A stretch of DNA of 61,459 nucleotides, filler included. It is 4 parts of 4 records of this genome, joined end to end, with 100 filler letters (N's around TTAATTAATTAA, not from the genome) between each part and the next. Parts side by side here need not be neighbours in the genome. Positions count along the whole stretch, not along the records: positions 1 to 17,457 come from DRR378314_933; positions 17,558 to 44,224 come from DRR378314_934; 2 more parts are not named here. One strand, written 5' to 3'. Each line of letters begins with the position of its first letter. Within the stretch, counting starts at the first letter, position 1. A model generated the notes under the pieces. It was not told where the DNA came from. It searched no databases and was given only the letters and a program-made list of their open reading frames with translations. The position numbers and the translations under genes were made by a program. Positions 9,561 through 17,999 of this stretch are shown one piece after another.

Positions 9561-11747
9561 TCAGCGCAGGCGCAGCGCGTTGAGAGACACGGTGATCGAA
9601 GAGGTAGACATCGCCAGCGCCGCAATCAGCGGGGTCGCCAGACCAGCAATCGCCAGCGGCACCGCGATGATATTGTAAAGCGTGGCGATGCGAAAGTTCT
9701 CGCGGATGCGCCGGGTGGCACGTTCCGCCACGCCGCAGGCCTCGGCGATCGGGGTCAGATCCTTGCCCAGCAAAACGATATCGGAGGCCACCCGCGCCGC
9801 GTCCAGCGCCGAGGCGGGAGAGATCGACACATGCGCGCCGGCCAGCGCGGCCGTATCATTGAGCCCGTCACCGACCATCAGAACCTTGCGGCCCTCCTCG
9901 GTCAGTTGCGCCACCCGCGCGGCCTTGCCTTCGGGCAGCGCGTCCGCCACCCAGTTTTGAATACCGAGGCGACTGGCCATGTCTTCCACCGCCGCCGTTG
10001 TGTCACCAGATAACAGGATCACCTTCTTGCCGCTGTCCTGCAGGGCGCTCACCACCTCTGCGGCACCGGGGCGCAGGGCGTCGGCGAAGCGGATAGCAAC
10101 CGGCGGCACGCCCGCGCCCAGATCAAGCCAGGTCGCGGTTTGCGTCAGCTGCGCCTCTGCCCCGACCCAGGCCGCGCGGCCCAGACGCACACGCACGCCC
10201 GCCAGCGTCGCCTCGGTGCCGTAGCCGGGCACCTCTTGCAGATCCTGCACGGGGGCGGCTGCTACGCCTGCCTCACGCGCCGCACGGCTCAGCGCCAGCG
10301 CCAGCGGATGCGAAGACCCTTCGGCCAGTGCCAGCGCCACAGACAGTTGATCGGCGCCAAGATCGCCAAGGTTCACCACCTCGGGCGTGCCTGCAGTCAG
10401 GGTGCCAGTCTTGTCGAACACCACCGTGTCGACCTGTGCCAGCCGTTCCAATGCGGTGGAATGTTTGACCAGCAGCCCGGCGCGGAAAAGCCGCCCGGAG
10501 GCCGCCGTGGTCACCGCTGGCACCGCCAGCCCCAGCGCACAGGGACAGGTGATGATCAGCACCGCCGCGGCGATGTTCAGCGCCGTGCGCATGTCGAACG
10601 TGTAAAGATACCAGCCCACAAACGCGAGTGCGGAAAGGATATGCACCCCCGGCGCATAGAGTTTTGCAGCGCTGTCGGCCAGTGAAGTATAGCGCGAACG
10701 GCCCGACTCGGCGATGGCCACCAGATCGGCCATACGATGCAGCGAGGTCTCCTCTCCGACCGCCAAGGCGCGAATGGTGAGCGGGCCGGTCAGGTTAACC
10801 TCCCCTGCGGAAACCTGCGCGCCGGGTTCGCCCAGAACCGGCAGGGTTTCCCCGGTCAGTAAAGACCGATCCAGTTCAGAGCGCCCCTCCACGATCTCGC
10901 CATCCACCGGCATGCGACCGCCCGGTCGCACGCGGATCAGATCACCTATGGCCAGATCCGCAACCGAGACTTCTTCCTCCTGCCCCTGAGCGTCCAGTCG
11001 CCAGGCACGGGGCACCTCCAGCGCGGACAGCTCTTCGGCGGCTGACCGCGCCGCCGCACGCGTGCGGTGATCGAGGTAGCGGCCCGCCAACAGGAAGAAG
11101 GTCAACGTCAGCGCCGCGTCGAAATAAGCGTGCTCTCCCGACAGCGAGGTTTCCCACAGAGACGTCACCAACGCCAGCAACAGTGCCAGAACAATCGGCA
11201 CATCCATATTGAGGCGCCGTGCTCGGAGCGCACTCCAGGCGCTGCGGAAAAACGGCTGACCACAATAGAGGATCGCGGGAAAGGTGATCGCGGCCGAGAT
11301 CCAGTGGAACATATCGCGGGTGGCATCCGACGCCCCGGACCAGACCGAGATCGACAGCAGCATCACGTTCATCGAGGCAAAGCCCGCGACCGCCAGCCGC
11401 AACAGCAGTTCTCGTCCAGCGAGATTGGTCTCTGTCGCGGCAAGGGCCGCGAGGTCAAGCTCGTGCGCCTCAAAGCCCAAGCCTTCACAGACCGGGATCA
11501 GGTCGCTGGCGCACATCTCCGGCTCGGCCTCCACCAACGCCCGCTTCAGTGTCAGATTGACGCGCGCGGAGCGCACTCCGGGCGTCTGGGACAGGCCGCG
11601 CTCGACCGTAGAGATACAGGCCTGACAATGGATCGTGGGCAGGGAAATGGCGAGGCGCGCCTCGGTCGGGGCAGTCTCAACCGCCTCGGACGGGGCCGCC
11701 ACGCAGCCGGGGCACACGGCAGTCTGATGGCGCAGCACGGTGGTCAT
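9561..11747 (-). CDS. ccoI: Cu-transporting P1B-type ATPase CcoI/FixI
   Basis: N-terminal CxxC motifs, TGE, CPC, DKTGT, HP and GDGLND; cco context. Confidence 0.93.
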   Translation of the reverse strand: MTTVLRHQTAVCPGCVAAPSEAVETAPTEARLAISLPTIHCQACISTVERGLSQTPGVRSARVNLTLKRALVEAEPEMCASDLIPVCEGLGFEAHELDLAALAATETNLAGRELLLRLAVAGFASMNVMLLSISVWSGASDATRDMFHWISAAITFPAILYCGQPFFRSAWSALRARRLNMDVPIVLALLLALVTSLWETSLSGEHAYFDAALTLTFFLLAGRYLDHRTRAAARSAAEELSALEVPRAWRLDAQGQEEEVSVADLAIGDLIRVRPGGRMPVDGEIVEGRSELDRSLLTGETLPVLGEPGAQVSAGEVNLTGPLTIRALAVGEETSLHRMADLVAIAESGRSRYTSLADSAAKLYAPGVHILSALAFVGWYLYTFDMRTALNIAAAVLIITCPCALGLAVPAVTTAASGRLFRAGLLVKHSTALERLAQVDTVVFDKTGTLTAGTPEVVNLGDLGADQLSVALALAEGSSHPLALALSRAAREAGVAAAPVQDLQEVPGYGTEATLAGVRVRLGRAAWVGAEAQLTQTATWLDLGAGVPPVAIRFADALRPGAAEVVSALQDSGKKVILLSGDTTAAVEDMASRLGIQNWVADALPEGKAARVAQLTEEGRKVLMVGDGLNDTAALAGAHVSISPASALDAARVASDIVLLGKDLTPIAEACGVAERATRRIRENFRIATLYNIIAVPLAIAGLATPLIAALAMSTSSITVSLNALRLR

Positions 11748-11835
11748 AACACCCTCTCACATGGCAGGTCGCTGAAGACACCCCATCCAAACAGGGGACG
11801 CACCCGTTCGTTAGCCTTCAGCATCAGCATTGGTT

Positions 11836-12312
11836 TCATTTCTGCACATGCAGGATCACGCGCTGGGAAAACTCAGTGCCGTCCTCGGCCCGCGCAACCA
11901 TGCGGATGTTCCAGTTGCCCGGCGCCAGTTTCGCCGGGGCAACATAGGCATCACCGTCAAAGACGAACGCAGGTGTCTGGTCGTCTTTGACATGGGTCGC
12001 GCGCCCCAGCGTTGCGGTCAGGGAGGCCGCCTCCACCGGTGCGCCGTTGCGATCCGTGATCTCCAGCTTCACCCGATCCCCGACGGCGGAGGCGTAAACC
12101 GACCAGCCCAGCGCCTCCTGTGCCGCGCGGCGGATATCGAATTCCTGGCTGGCGACATAGGAGTTCTTCACTTCCAACCCCGGAAATGTCCGCACCGCGC
12201 TCACCGCCATGTAGATATTCACCGCGATGATGATCCCAAAGCAGCCGACGCAGAGAGCAAGCATGTGCTTGCCGGTAAATTCACGCTGCTTCGCCGGTGT
12301 CTCAGTGGTCAT
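11836..12312 (-). CDS. ccoH: FixH/CcoH family protein
   Basis: FTGKHML, a single TM segment and FPGLEVKNSYVASQ; lies between ccoG and ccoI. Confidence 0.92.
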   Translation of the reverse strand: MTTETPAKQREFTGKHMLALCVGCFGIIIAVNIYMAVSAVRTFPGLEVKNSYVASQEFDIRRAAQEALGWSVYASAVGDRVKLEITDRNGAPVEAASLTATLGRATHVKDDQTPAFVFDGDAYVAPAKLAPGNWNIRMVARAEDGTEFSQRVILHVQK

Positions 12313-12315
12313 GGG

Positions 12316-13746
12316 TCAGTTCCCCCGCCCGTTGAATGTGGTGTCGCGATAGGCGCGCTCGCCCGAACTCAGATCCTCGACCCAAAGCCGCAAACCGGTC
12401 GTATCCGCCTCAGCAGGTGCCGTGCCCCGCGGTGCAGTGACATAGACCCGCTGCAGGCTGGCGGTATCGGCGGGCACCTCGACCGTAACACCTTCCTCGC
12501 CCTCGAGCGAGACCGCCAACGACTGATCGCCCACCAATGACAGCTCGAACATCCGGGCCTCGCCATTCTTGTTCGACAGGCGCACATCATATGTGTTGCG
12601 GATGGTGCCGTCCGACAAGGTCACAAAGGTCGGGTTGCGGACCGGTGCGACGGTCATGTTGATGTCGGCGCGGATGAACAGCGCAAAGACTAGCGCCAGC
12701 CCCACCCCGGCCCAGAGCGTCGTGTAAAAGATGGTGCGCGGGCGCAGCACGTGTTTCCACACCGGGCGCGGTGGCTTGCCTGCACGCTCGCTGGTCTCAT
12801 CCGACAGCGCCATATAGTCGATCAGGCCGCGCGGCTTGCCCACCTTGTCCATTATGTCGTCGCAGGCATCGATGCAGAGCGCGCAGGTGATGCACTCCAT
12901 CTGCTGCCCCTTGCGGATGTCGATGCCCATCGGACAGACATTGACGCAGGCCATGCAATCGATGCAATCGCCGAGGTTTTCCGCCTCTGCCGACTTGCGA
13001 TGTTTGCCGCGTGGCTCGCCGCGCCACTCGCGGTACCCCACCGTCAGCGTGTCCTCATCCATCATCGCGGCCTGGATGCGGGGCCAGGGGCAGGCGTAGA
13101 TGCAGATCTGTTCGCGGGCGAACCCGCCAAAGAAAAACGTCGTGAAAGTCAGGATCGCCATGGTGGTATAGGCGGCGGGATGTGCCTGCCCGGTCACCAG
13201 ATCCTGCAGCAAGGTCGGTGCGTCGGCAAAGTAGAAGACCCAGGCCCCGCCCGTTGCGAGACCAATAAACAGCCAGGCCACCCATTTGGTCAGCCGCAGG
13301 CGTATCTTCTTGAAGTCCAGTTTTTTCTGCCGGTGCAAGCGCAATCGGGCGTTTCGGTCGCCCTCGATCCAGCGCTCCACCAAGATAAAGAGGTCAGTCC
13401 AGACCGTCTGTGGGCAGGCATAGCCGCACCAGACGCGGCCCAGTGCCGAGGTGAACAGAAACAACCCAAGGCCCGCCATGATGAGAAGGCCCGCGACAAA
13501 ATAGAACTCATGCGGCCAGATCTCGATCCAGAGGAAATAGAACCGCCGCCCGGCCAGATCCAGCAACACCGCCTGATCCGACAACTCAGGGCCGCGATCC
13601 CAGCGTATCCATGGCAGCAGATAGTAGATACCCAGGGTGACCGCCATGATCACCCATTTGAGAGTGCGGAACTTTCCCGACACCCGGCGAGGAAAGATAG
13701 GCTCCCGCGCGGCATAGAGGCTGGGGGTTTGGCTCGAATCGCTCAA
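12316..13746 (-). CDS. ccoG: Cytochrome c oxidase accessory protein CcoG (4Fe-4S)
   Basis: Motifs GRVWCGYACPQTVW, CIYACPW, CIDCMACVNVCP and CITCALCIDAC; TTG start. Confidence 0.96.
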   Translation of the reverse strand: MSDSSQTPSLYAAREPIFPRRVSGKFRTLKWVIMAVTLGIYYLLPWIRWDRGPELSDQAVLLDLAGRRFYFLWIEIWPHEFYFVAGLLIMAGLGLFLFTSALGRVWCGYACPQTVWTDLFILVERWIEGDRNARLRLHRQKKLDFKKIRLRLTKWVAWLFIGLATGGAWVFYFADAPTLLQDLVTGQAHPAAYTTMAILTFTTFFFGGFAREQICIYACPWPRIQAAMMDEDTLTVGYREWRGEPRGKHRKSAEAENLGDCIDCMACVNVCPMGIDIRKGQQMECITCALCIDACDDIMDKVGKPRGLIDYMALSDETSERAGKPPRPVWKHVLRPRTIFYTTLWAGVGLALVFALFIRADINMTVAPVRNPTFVTLSDGTIRNTYDVRLSNKNGEARMFELSLVGDQSLAVSLEGEEGVTVEVPADTASLQRVYVTAPRGTAPAEADTTGLRLWVEDLSSGERAYRDTTFNGRGN

Positions 13747-13808
13747 CTTCTGGCTCCGATCCTGTGACAGGTCTGATTGTGTTCTCCCAGAGGCCGCGGG
13801 TCGAGACT

Positions 13809-13822
13809 TTGACGTGGATCAA
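13809..13822. promoter_or_regulatory. FNR/FnrL box of the ccoGHIS promoter
   Basis: TTGAC-GTGG-ATCAA, one mismatch to TTGAT-N4-ATCAA, about 70 nt upstream of the ccoG start. Confidence 0.85.
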
Positions 13823-13893
13823 AAATCGCATCCCGAATGTGCATTTCGCACAAGTCGCGCGGCCAGCCGGGAGACCGCACTCGGTTTGTGCAG

Positions 13894-14778
13894 TCAGCTC
13901 AAAGCGGTAGATGCCCGCTCTCGGCGCAACCAGTTGACGAAATGCCGCGCACCGGGGCGCAACACGCCGGGACGGTGCACGATATGGTAGCCACGCCCTT
14001 GTTCTTCTTGGAAAAGCTCGATCAGCCGGCCTGCCTTGACGTCCGGCGCGACGAAATCGCGCACCGAGACGGCGACCCCCTGCCCGCCTCGCAGCGCCTC
14101 CATCAGAAGGTTTCCCGGCAACACGACTCGTCCCGCCTTCAGCCCGTCCTCAACCCCGCGTGAGCGCAGCCAGACGGAGGCCTCGTTGGTCCCAATCTCC
14201 TCGAGCCAGGGCAGATCGAGCAGATCTTCGGGCTGATCCACCCGGCGCCGGTCCAGCAAGCCGGGCGCGGCCACCACCACCATCGGCGAGGGCAGCAGCA
14301 TCTCGGCCTCAAGGCCCGGCCAATTGCCGTGCCCGTAGCGCAGCGCCACGTCGATCCCGCCCGGCGTCAATTGCACCACCTCGCCAGTGGGGTCGATGAC
14401 CAGATCCACTGCCGGGTAGGCCTGTCGGAAACCAGCCAGTCGCGGCATCAACCAATGGGTCGCAAACATCGGTGTGCAAGTGACATGCAGCGGCTGCCCC
14501 GCCCCGCGCGTTGTCAGATCCTGCACCGCGACCCGAATGGCGCCGAACCCCAGCGTCAATGCCTGTGCCAGCTGCTCGCCTTCGACCGTCAGGCGCAGCG
14601 CCCGTCCGGAGCGATCCAGCAGAGGCACGCCCATACGCGCCTCCAGCTGCCGCAATTGCTGGCTGATCGCAGCGTGGCTGACGTTCAAAGCCACGCCGGC
14701 CTGTTGCAGCGTGCCGCTTTCGGCAAAGACCGCAAAAGCGCGCAGAGCGGAAAGCGAGGGCATGTCACGCCATTGCAT
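13894..14778 (-). CDS. LysR family transcriptional regulator (GcvA-like)
   Basis: N-terminus MPSLSALRAF, HTH LNVSHAAISQQLRQLE, WLMPRL and DVALRYG; likely ATG at 14778. Confidence 0.92.
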   Translation of the reverse strand: MQWRDMPSLSALRAFAVFAESGTLQQAGVALNVSHAAISQQLRQLEARMGVPLLDRSGRALRLTVEGEQLAQALTLGFGAIRVAVQDLTTRGAGQPLHVTCTPMFATHWLMPRLAGFRQAYPAVDLVIDPTGEVVQLTPGGIDVALRYGHGNWPGLEAEMLLPSPMVVVAAPGLLDRRRVDQPEDLLDLPWLEEIGTNEASVWLRSRGVEDGLKAGRVVLPGNLLMEALRGGQGVAVSVRDFVAPDVKAGRLIELFQEEQGRGYHIVHRPGVLRPGARHFVNWLRRERASTALS

Positions 14779-14888
14779 ATGTAAGCTATCCTTACGTGTT
14801 GGATTTCTTCCTGACTCGCATAAATGGGTGCTTTGAGCAAGTATGAGCACAGATCCAGCCCATGGATCGCCTGAGAAGGAGAGTGCCT

Positions 14889-15092
14889 ATGTTAGTTTAT
14901 ATTTACGCCCGCACGATGCTGACCGCGACCCGCCACAGCGATCTGCCGCAGCGCCCACTGCCCGAGGCCTACAGCACTCCGCCCGCGCCCCCCGGCCTGC
15001 TGCGGCGTGTGTGGCGCCGGCTGACGGCGCTTCGGTCCCCTCTGGTCACACCGCCCAAGCCTTGCGAGCCCATGCCAGCGCCGTGCAAATAG
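14889..15092 (+). CDS. Small hypothetical protein (67 aa) divergent from the LysR gene
   Basis: AAGGAGAG RBS before ATG 14889; MLVYIYARTMLTATRH...; divergent LysR-target layout. Confidence 0.6.
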   Translation: MLVYIYARTMLTATRHSDLPQRPLPEAYSTPPAPPGLLRRVWRRLTALRSPLVTPPKPCEPMPAPCK

Positions 15093-15118
15093 AGACACGA
15101 TGATAATGAAAGACGTAG

Positions 15119-15167
15119 TGGCACCGATCTCCCGGGAAACGCACAAACAAGCGGGGGATCGGTGCCA
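15119..15167. repeat. 16-bp stem-loop
   Basis: TGGCACCGATCTCCCG / CGGGGGATCGGTGCCA, with one G-U pair on the + strand. Confidence 0.7.
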
Positions 15168-15288
15168 GACGCGCCCGCCCTCAAGTGGGGGCGAGACGAA
15201 GCGGGGTTCAGACCTGACACGATAGTCTTCCCAACCATGGCCTGACCCCGTCTTAGGTCAAATTTGCCAGCAGTCGGGTACCGTCGCC

Positions 15289-15302
15289 TTGATGCAAATC
15301 AA
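15289..15302. promoter_or_regulatory. Perfect FNR/FnrL box with no obvious protein-coding target
   Basis: TTGAT-GCAA-ATCAA, downstream of the ccoP terminator. Confidence 0.75.
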
Positions 15303-15345
15303 TCCAGGCGCGTTTTCGACGCTATCACAGGCGCCGACAGCAACG

Positions 15346-15373
15346 AAAAAGGCCGCCCCAGATGGGAGCGGCC
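15346..15373 (-). terminator. Rho-independent terminator of ccoNOQP
   Basis: Minus strand reads GGCCGCTCCCATCTGGGGCGGCC followed by TTTTT. Confidence 0.8.
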
Positions 15374-15403
15374 GGTCATTTACGTTTGGACAATCTCGCG
15401 CGA

Positions 15404-16288
15404 TTACTCGCCGCCGCCCAATTGGTGCACATAGGCGCTGACCGCGCGAATTTCCGCCTCGCTCAGACGTGTGTCCCAGTTCGGCATCACGCCAAAGCGG
15501 GAGTTCCACACCGTCTCGTAGAGAGTGTCGTAGTCACCACCATAGAGCCAGATCGCGTCCTTGAGGTTCGGCGCGCCCTGATAGATGTCGCCAGATGCGT
15601 CCTCGCCGTGACAAGCAGTGCAGTTTTCCTCAAACACCACTGCACCGGCCCGCACTTCGGAGGCATCATCAGGCGTGCCCGACAGCGACATCACGTAGTT
15701 GACCACCTGGCTGACTTGCTCTTTCTCCAGCAGCTCATCGCGACCAAAGGCCGGCATCGCGGAGTAGCGCGCGTCATCGCTTTCCTCGTTGCGAATACCG
15801 TAGGAGACGGTGGCGTGGATATCCTCCATGGTACCACCCCAAAGCCAGTCATCATCCAGCAGGTTCGGGTAGCCCTTGGCCCCCGCCGCGCCGGAGCCGT
15901 GGCACTGGGCGCACCACGTCTTGAACACAGCAGAGCCAGCAGAAACGGCATAGCCCTCAAGCTCCGGATGCCCCGGGATCGCGGCCAGTTCCAGCGCTTC
16001 CAGCTCTGCGTTGATGGGCGCGTTCGCGGTTTCAACCGCAGCGATCTCCGCTTCGACCTTGGCGCGCGAGGACCAGCCCAGCATGCCAGAGGTTGCTTCG
16101 CTGACCATCGGCCACGCGGGGTAGGCGATGGTATAGCCAACCGCCCAGACGATGGTGGCGTAGAAAACCAGGAGCCACCAGCGTGGCATCGGGTTGTCGA
16201 ACTCCGTGATGCCATCCCACTCATGGCCGGTGGTGTTGGGATCACCTTCTTGGATTTCGACTTTGTTGTCTTTGCCCGTATCACTCAT
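15404..16288 (-). CDS. ccoP: cbb3-type cytochrome c oxidase subunit III
   Basis: TTGHEWDGITEFDNPMPRWW and two CxxCH motifs (CAQCH, CTACH). Confidence 0.97.
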   Translation of the reverse strand: MSDTGKDNKVEIQEGDPNTTGHEWDGITEFDNPMPRWWLLVFYATIVWAVGYTIAYPAWPMVSEATSGMLGWSSRAKVEAEIAAVETANAPINAELEALELAAIPGHPELEGYAVSAGSAVFKTWCAQCHGSGAAGAKGYPNLLDDDWLWGGTMEDIHATVSYGIRNEESDDARYSAMPAFGRDELLEKEQVSQVVNYVMSLSGTPDDASEVRAGAVVFEENCTACHGEDASGDIYQGAPNLKDAIWLYGGDYDTLYETVWNSRFGVMPNWDTRLSEAEIRAVSAYVHQLGGGE

Positions 16289-16482
16289 TTCTGGGCCTCC
16301 GATTGAGCGGCGCTCTCGGTCGCCGGCTTGTCCGCATTGCGGAAGGGGATATTGGCTGTGTCCTCGTAGGCCTTGGTCGATCCGGGCCGAAAGGCCCAGA
16401 TGATGACACCCACGAAGAACAGGAAGAGGAACAGCAGCATCCAGCTGTCAGCGAACTGGCGCAGCAGGGAATATGTTTCCAT
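16285..16482 (-). CDS. ccoQ: cbb3-type cytochrome c oxidase subunit IV
   Basis: METYSLLRQFADSW...WAFRPG...ANIPF; position in the operon. Confidence 0.94.
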   Translation of the reverse strand: METYSLLRQFADSWMLLFLFLFFVGVIIWAFRPGSTKAYEDTANIPFRNADKPATESAAQSEAQK

Positions 16483-16497
16483 GGCTCTATCCTCCGC

Positions 16498-17226
16498 TTA
16501 ACGGTTTGCGTCCGGCGTGAAGGTCGAGAAATCGACCAACGTACCGAGCATCTGCAAATAGGCGATCAGCGCATCTGCCTCCGAGACACCGGGCTGACCG
16601 TCGAAGTTACGCACATTGACGTTCTCGCCATAGCGTTCCAGCAGCCCGTCATAGTCACGATCAGGGTCCGCCTGTGCCAGGAAGTCACGCTGAGCCTGCT
16701 CTACCATGTCGTCCGTATACGGCACGCCGACGATGGCATTTGTGGCGAGCAGATCGCCGATGTATTTTCCGTCAACGCGGGTGCGTTCGAGGAAGTCATA
16801 CTTCGGCATCACCGATTCCGGCACCACCGACTGCGGGTCACGCAGGTGATCAACATGCCAGTCATCAGAGTAGCGACCGCCGACGCGGGCCAGATCCGGC
16901 CCGGTCCGCTTGGACCCCCACTGGAACGGGTGGTCATACATCGACTCAGCCGCCAGCGAATAGTGACCGTAGCGTTCGACCTCATCGCGCATCGGACGGA
17001 TCATCTGACTGTGACAGACGTAGCACCCTTCACGGATGTAGATGTCACGCCCCGCCAGTTCGAGGGGGGTGTAGGGACGCATGCCCTCCACCTCCTCGAT
17101 GGTGTTTTCCAGATAGAACAGCGGGGTGATCTGAACCAGGCCACCGATGGTGACAACGAGAAAGGAACAGATCAGCAGAAGCGTCGCGTTGGTCTCGAGG
17201 ATTTTATGCTTGTCGAGAATTGCCAT
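16498..17226 (-). CDS. ccoO: cbb3-type cytochrome c oxidase subunit II
   Basis: Motifs [16 protein letters not shown] and [14 protein letters not shown]. Confidence 0.97.
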   Translation of the reverse strand: MAILDKHKILETNATLLLICSFLVVTIGGLVQITPLFYLENTIEEVEGMRPYTPLELAGRDIYIREGCYVCHSQMIRPMRDEVERYGHYSLAAESMYDHPFQWGSKRTGPDLARVGGRYSDDWHVDHLRDPQSVVPESVMPKYDFLERTRVDGKYIGDLLATNAIVGVPYTDDMVEQAQRDFLAQADPDRDYDGLLERYGENVNVRNFDGQPGVSEADALIAYLQMLGTLVDFSTFTPDANR

Positions 17227-17240
17227 CTCTCCGGCCCTCC

Positions 17241-17457
17241 TTATTCAGCCGGGACCGCGACGGACAGGCTGGCCTCTTTGGCCGGCGCCCGACGAACGGT
17301 CATCCAGAGGTTGTAGCACATGACCAGCGACCCGGAGAGGAACAGAACCCCGCCCAAACCACGCATCACATACATCGGAAGCTTCGCAGCAACGGTGTCG
17401 GCAAAGGACCACACGAGGAAGCCGTTTGCATCCACTTCACGCCACATCAGGCCTTCC
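17241..17457 (-). CDS. ccoN: cbb3-type cytochrome c oxidase subunit I, C-terminal fragment at the contig end
   Basis: [21 protein letters not shown]...RGLGG...YNLWMT directly upstream of ccoO. Confidence 0.93.
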
Positions 17458-17557
17458 NNNNNNNNNNNNNNNNNNNNNNNNNNNNNNNNNNNNNNNNNNN
17501 NTTAATTAATTAANNNNNNNNNNNNNNNNNNNNNNNNNNNNNNNNNNNNNNNNNNNN
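17458..17557. other. Artificial contig linker (N44-TTAATTAATTAA-N44)
   Basis: Palindromic 12-mer at 17502-17513 with stops in all six frames; gene style changes on either side. Confidence 0.97.
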
Positions 17558-17999
17558 TCTGTGATTTTAAGATATTCTGTGCACTAGTGCTACGGTTGTG
17601 AGTGTGTCACACTGACCTTGGCTCACGTGTAGAGCGAGTGGCGCTTCAACGCTCCCGGATGGCGGCTTGTGTGCAGACTCTTATCCAGTGTAAAGACATT
17701 CGCCCAGAACGAGTCTGATTGTGTTTACTGTATGAAATACTAAGGATGCGCAATGCAGAGATTGAAATGGTTGAATGCGCACGTCGGTGCCTCTGAACAG
17801 AAACTCCTGTGCAAGAGCTGAGTGGTTTCAGAGAGTACATGCGTTCGCAGCTTCCGAACCGCAGCCTGACACACAGCCTACTGCAACATCACGCACGTCG
17901 GCAGGCGGGGAGGCGGGAATCCGTTACGCGGCATGTAATACAAGCACACAAAAAACCTTTGATGCAACGACATTTTTTTCTCTGGACTGCGTAGCACAA

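Noticed and set aside
14969..15238. 89-aa minus-strand ORF as the target of the orphan FNR box
   Set aside because: Weak RBS, runs through strong stems and overlaps a better-supported plus-strand gene; not excluded, but unsupported.
11067..17316. Long plus-strand ORFs (11067-11990, 12751-13767, 15362-16306, 16303-17316)
   Set aside because: Antisense shadows of the cco genes.
17502..17513. TTAATTAATTAA palindrome repeated three times, as a biological repeat or recombination site
   Set aside because: Always centred in exactly 44+44 Ns and encodes stops in six frames, so it is an assembly linker.
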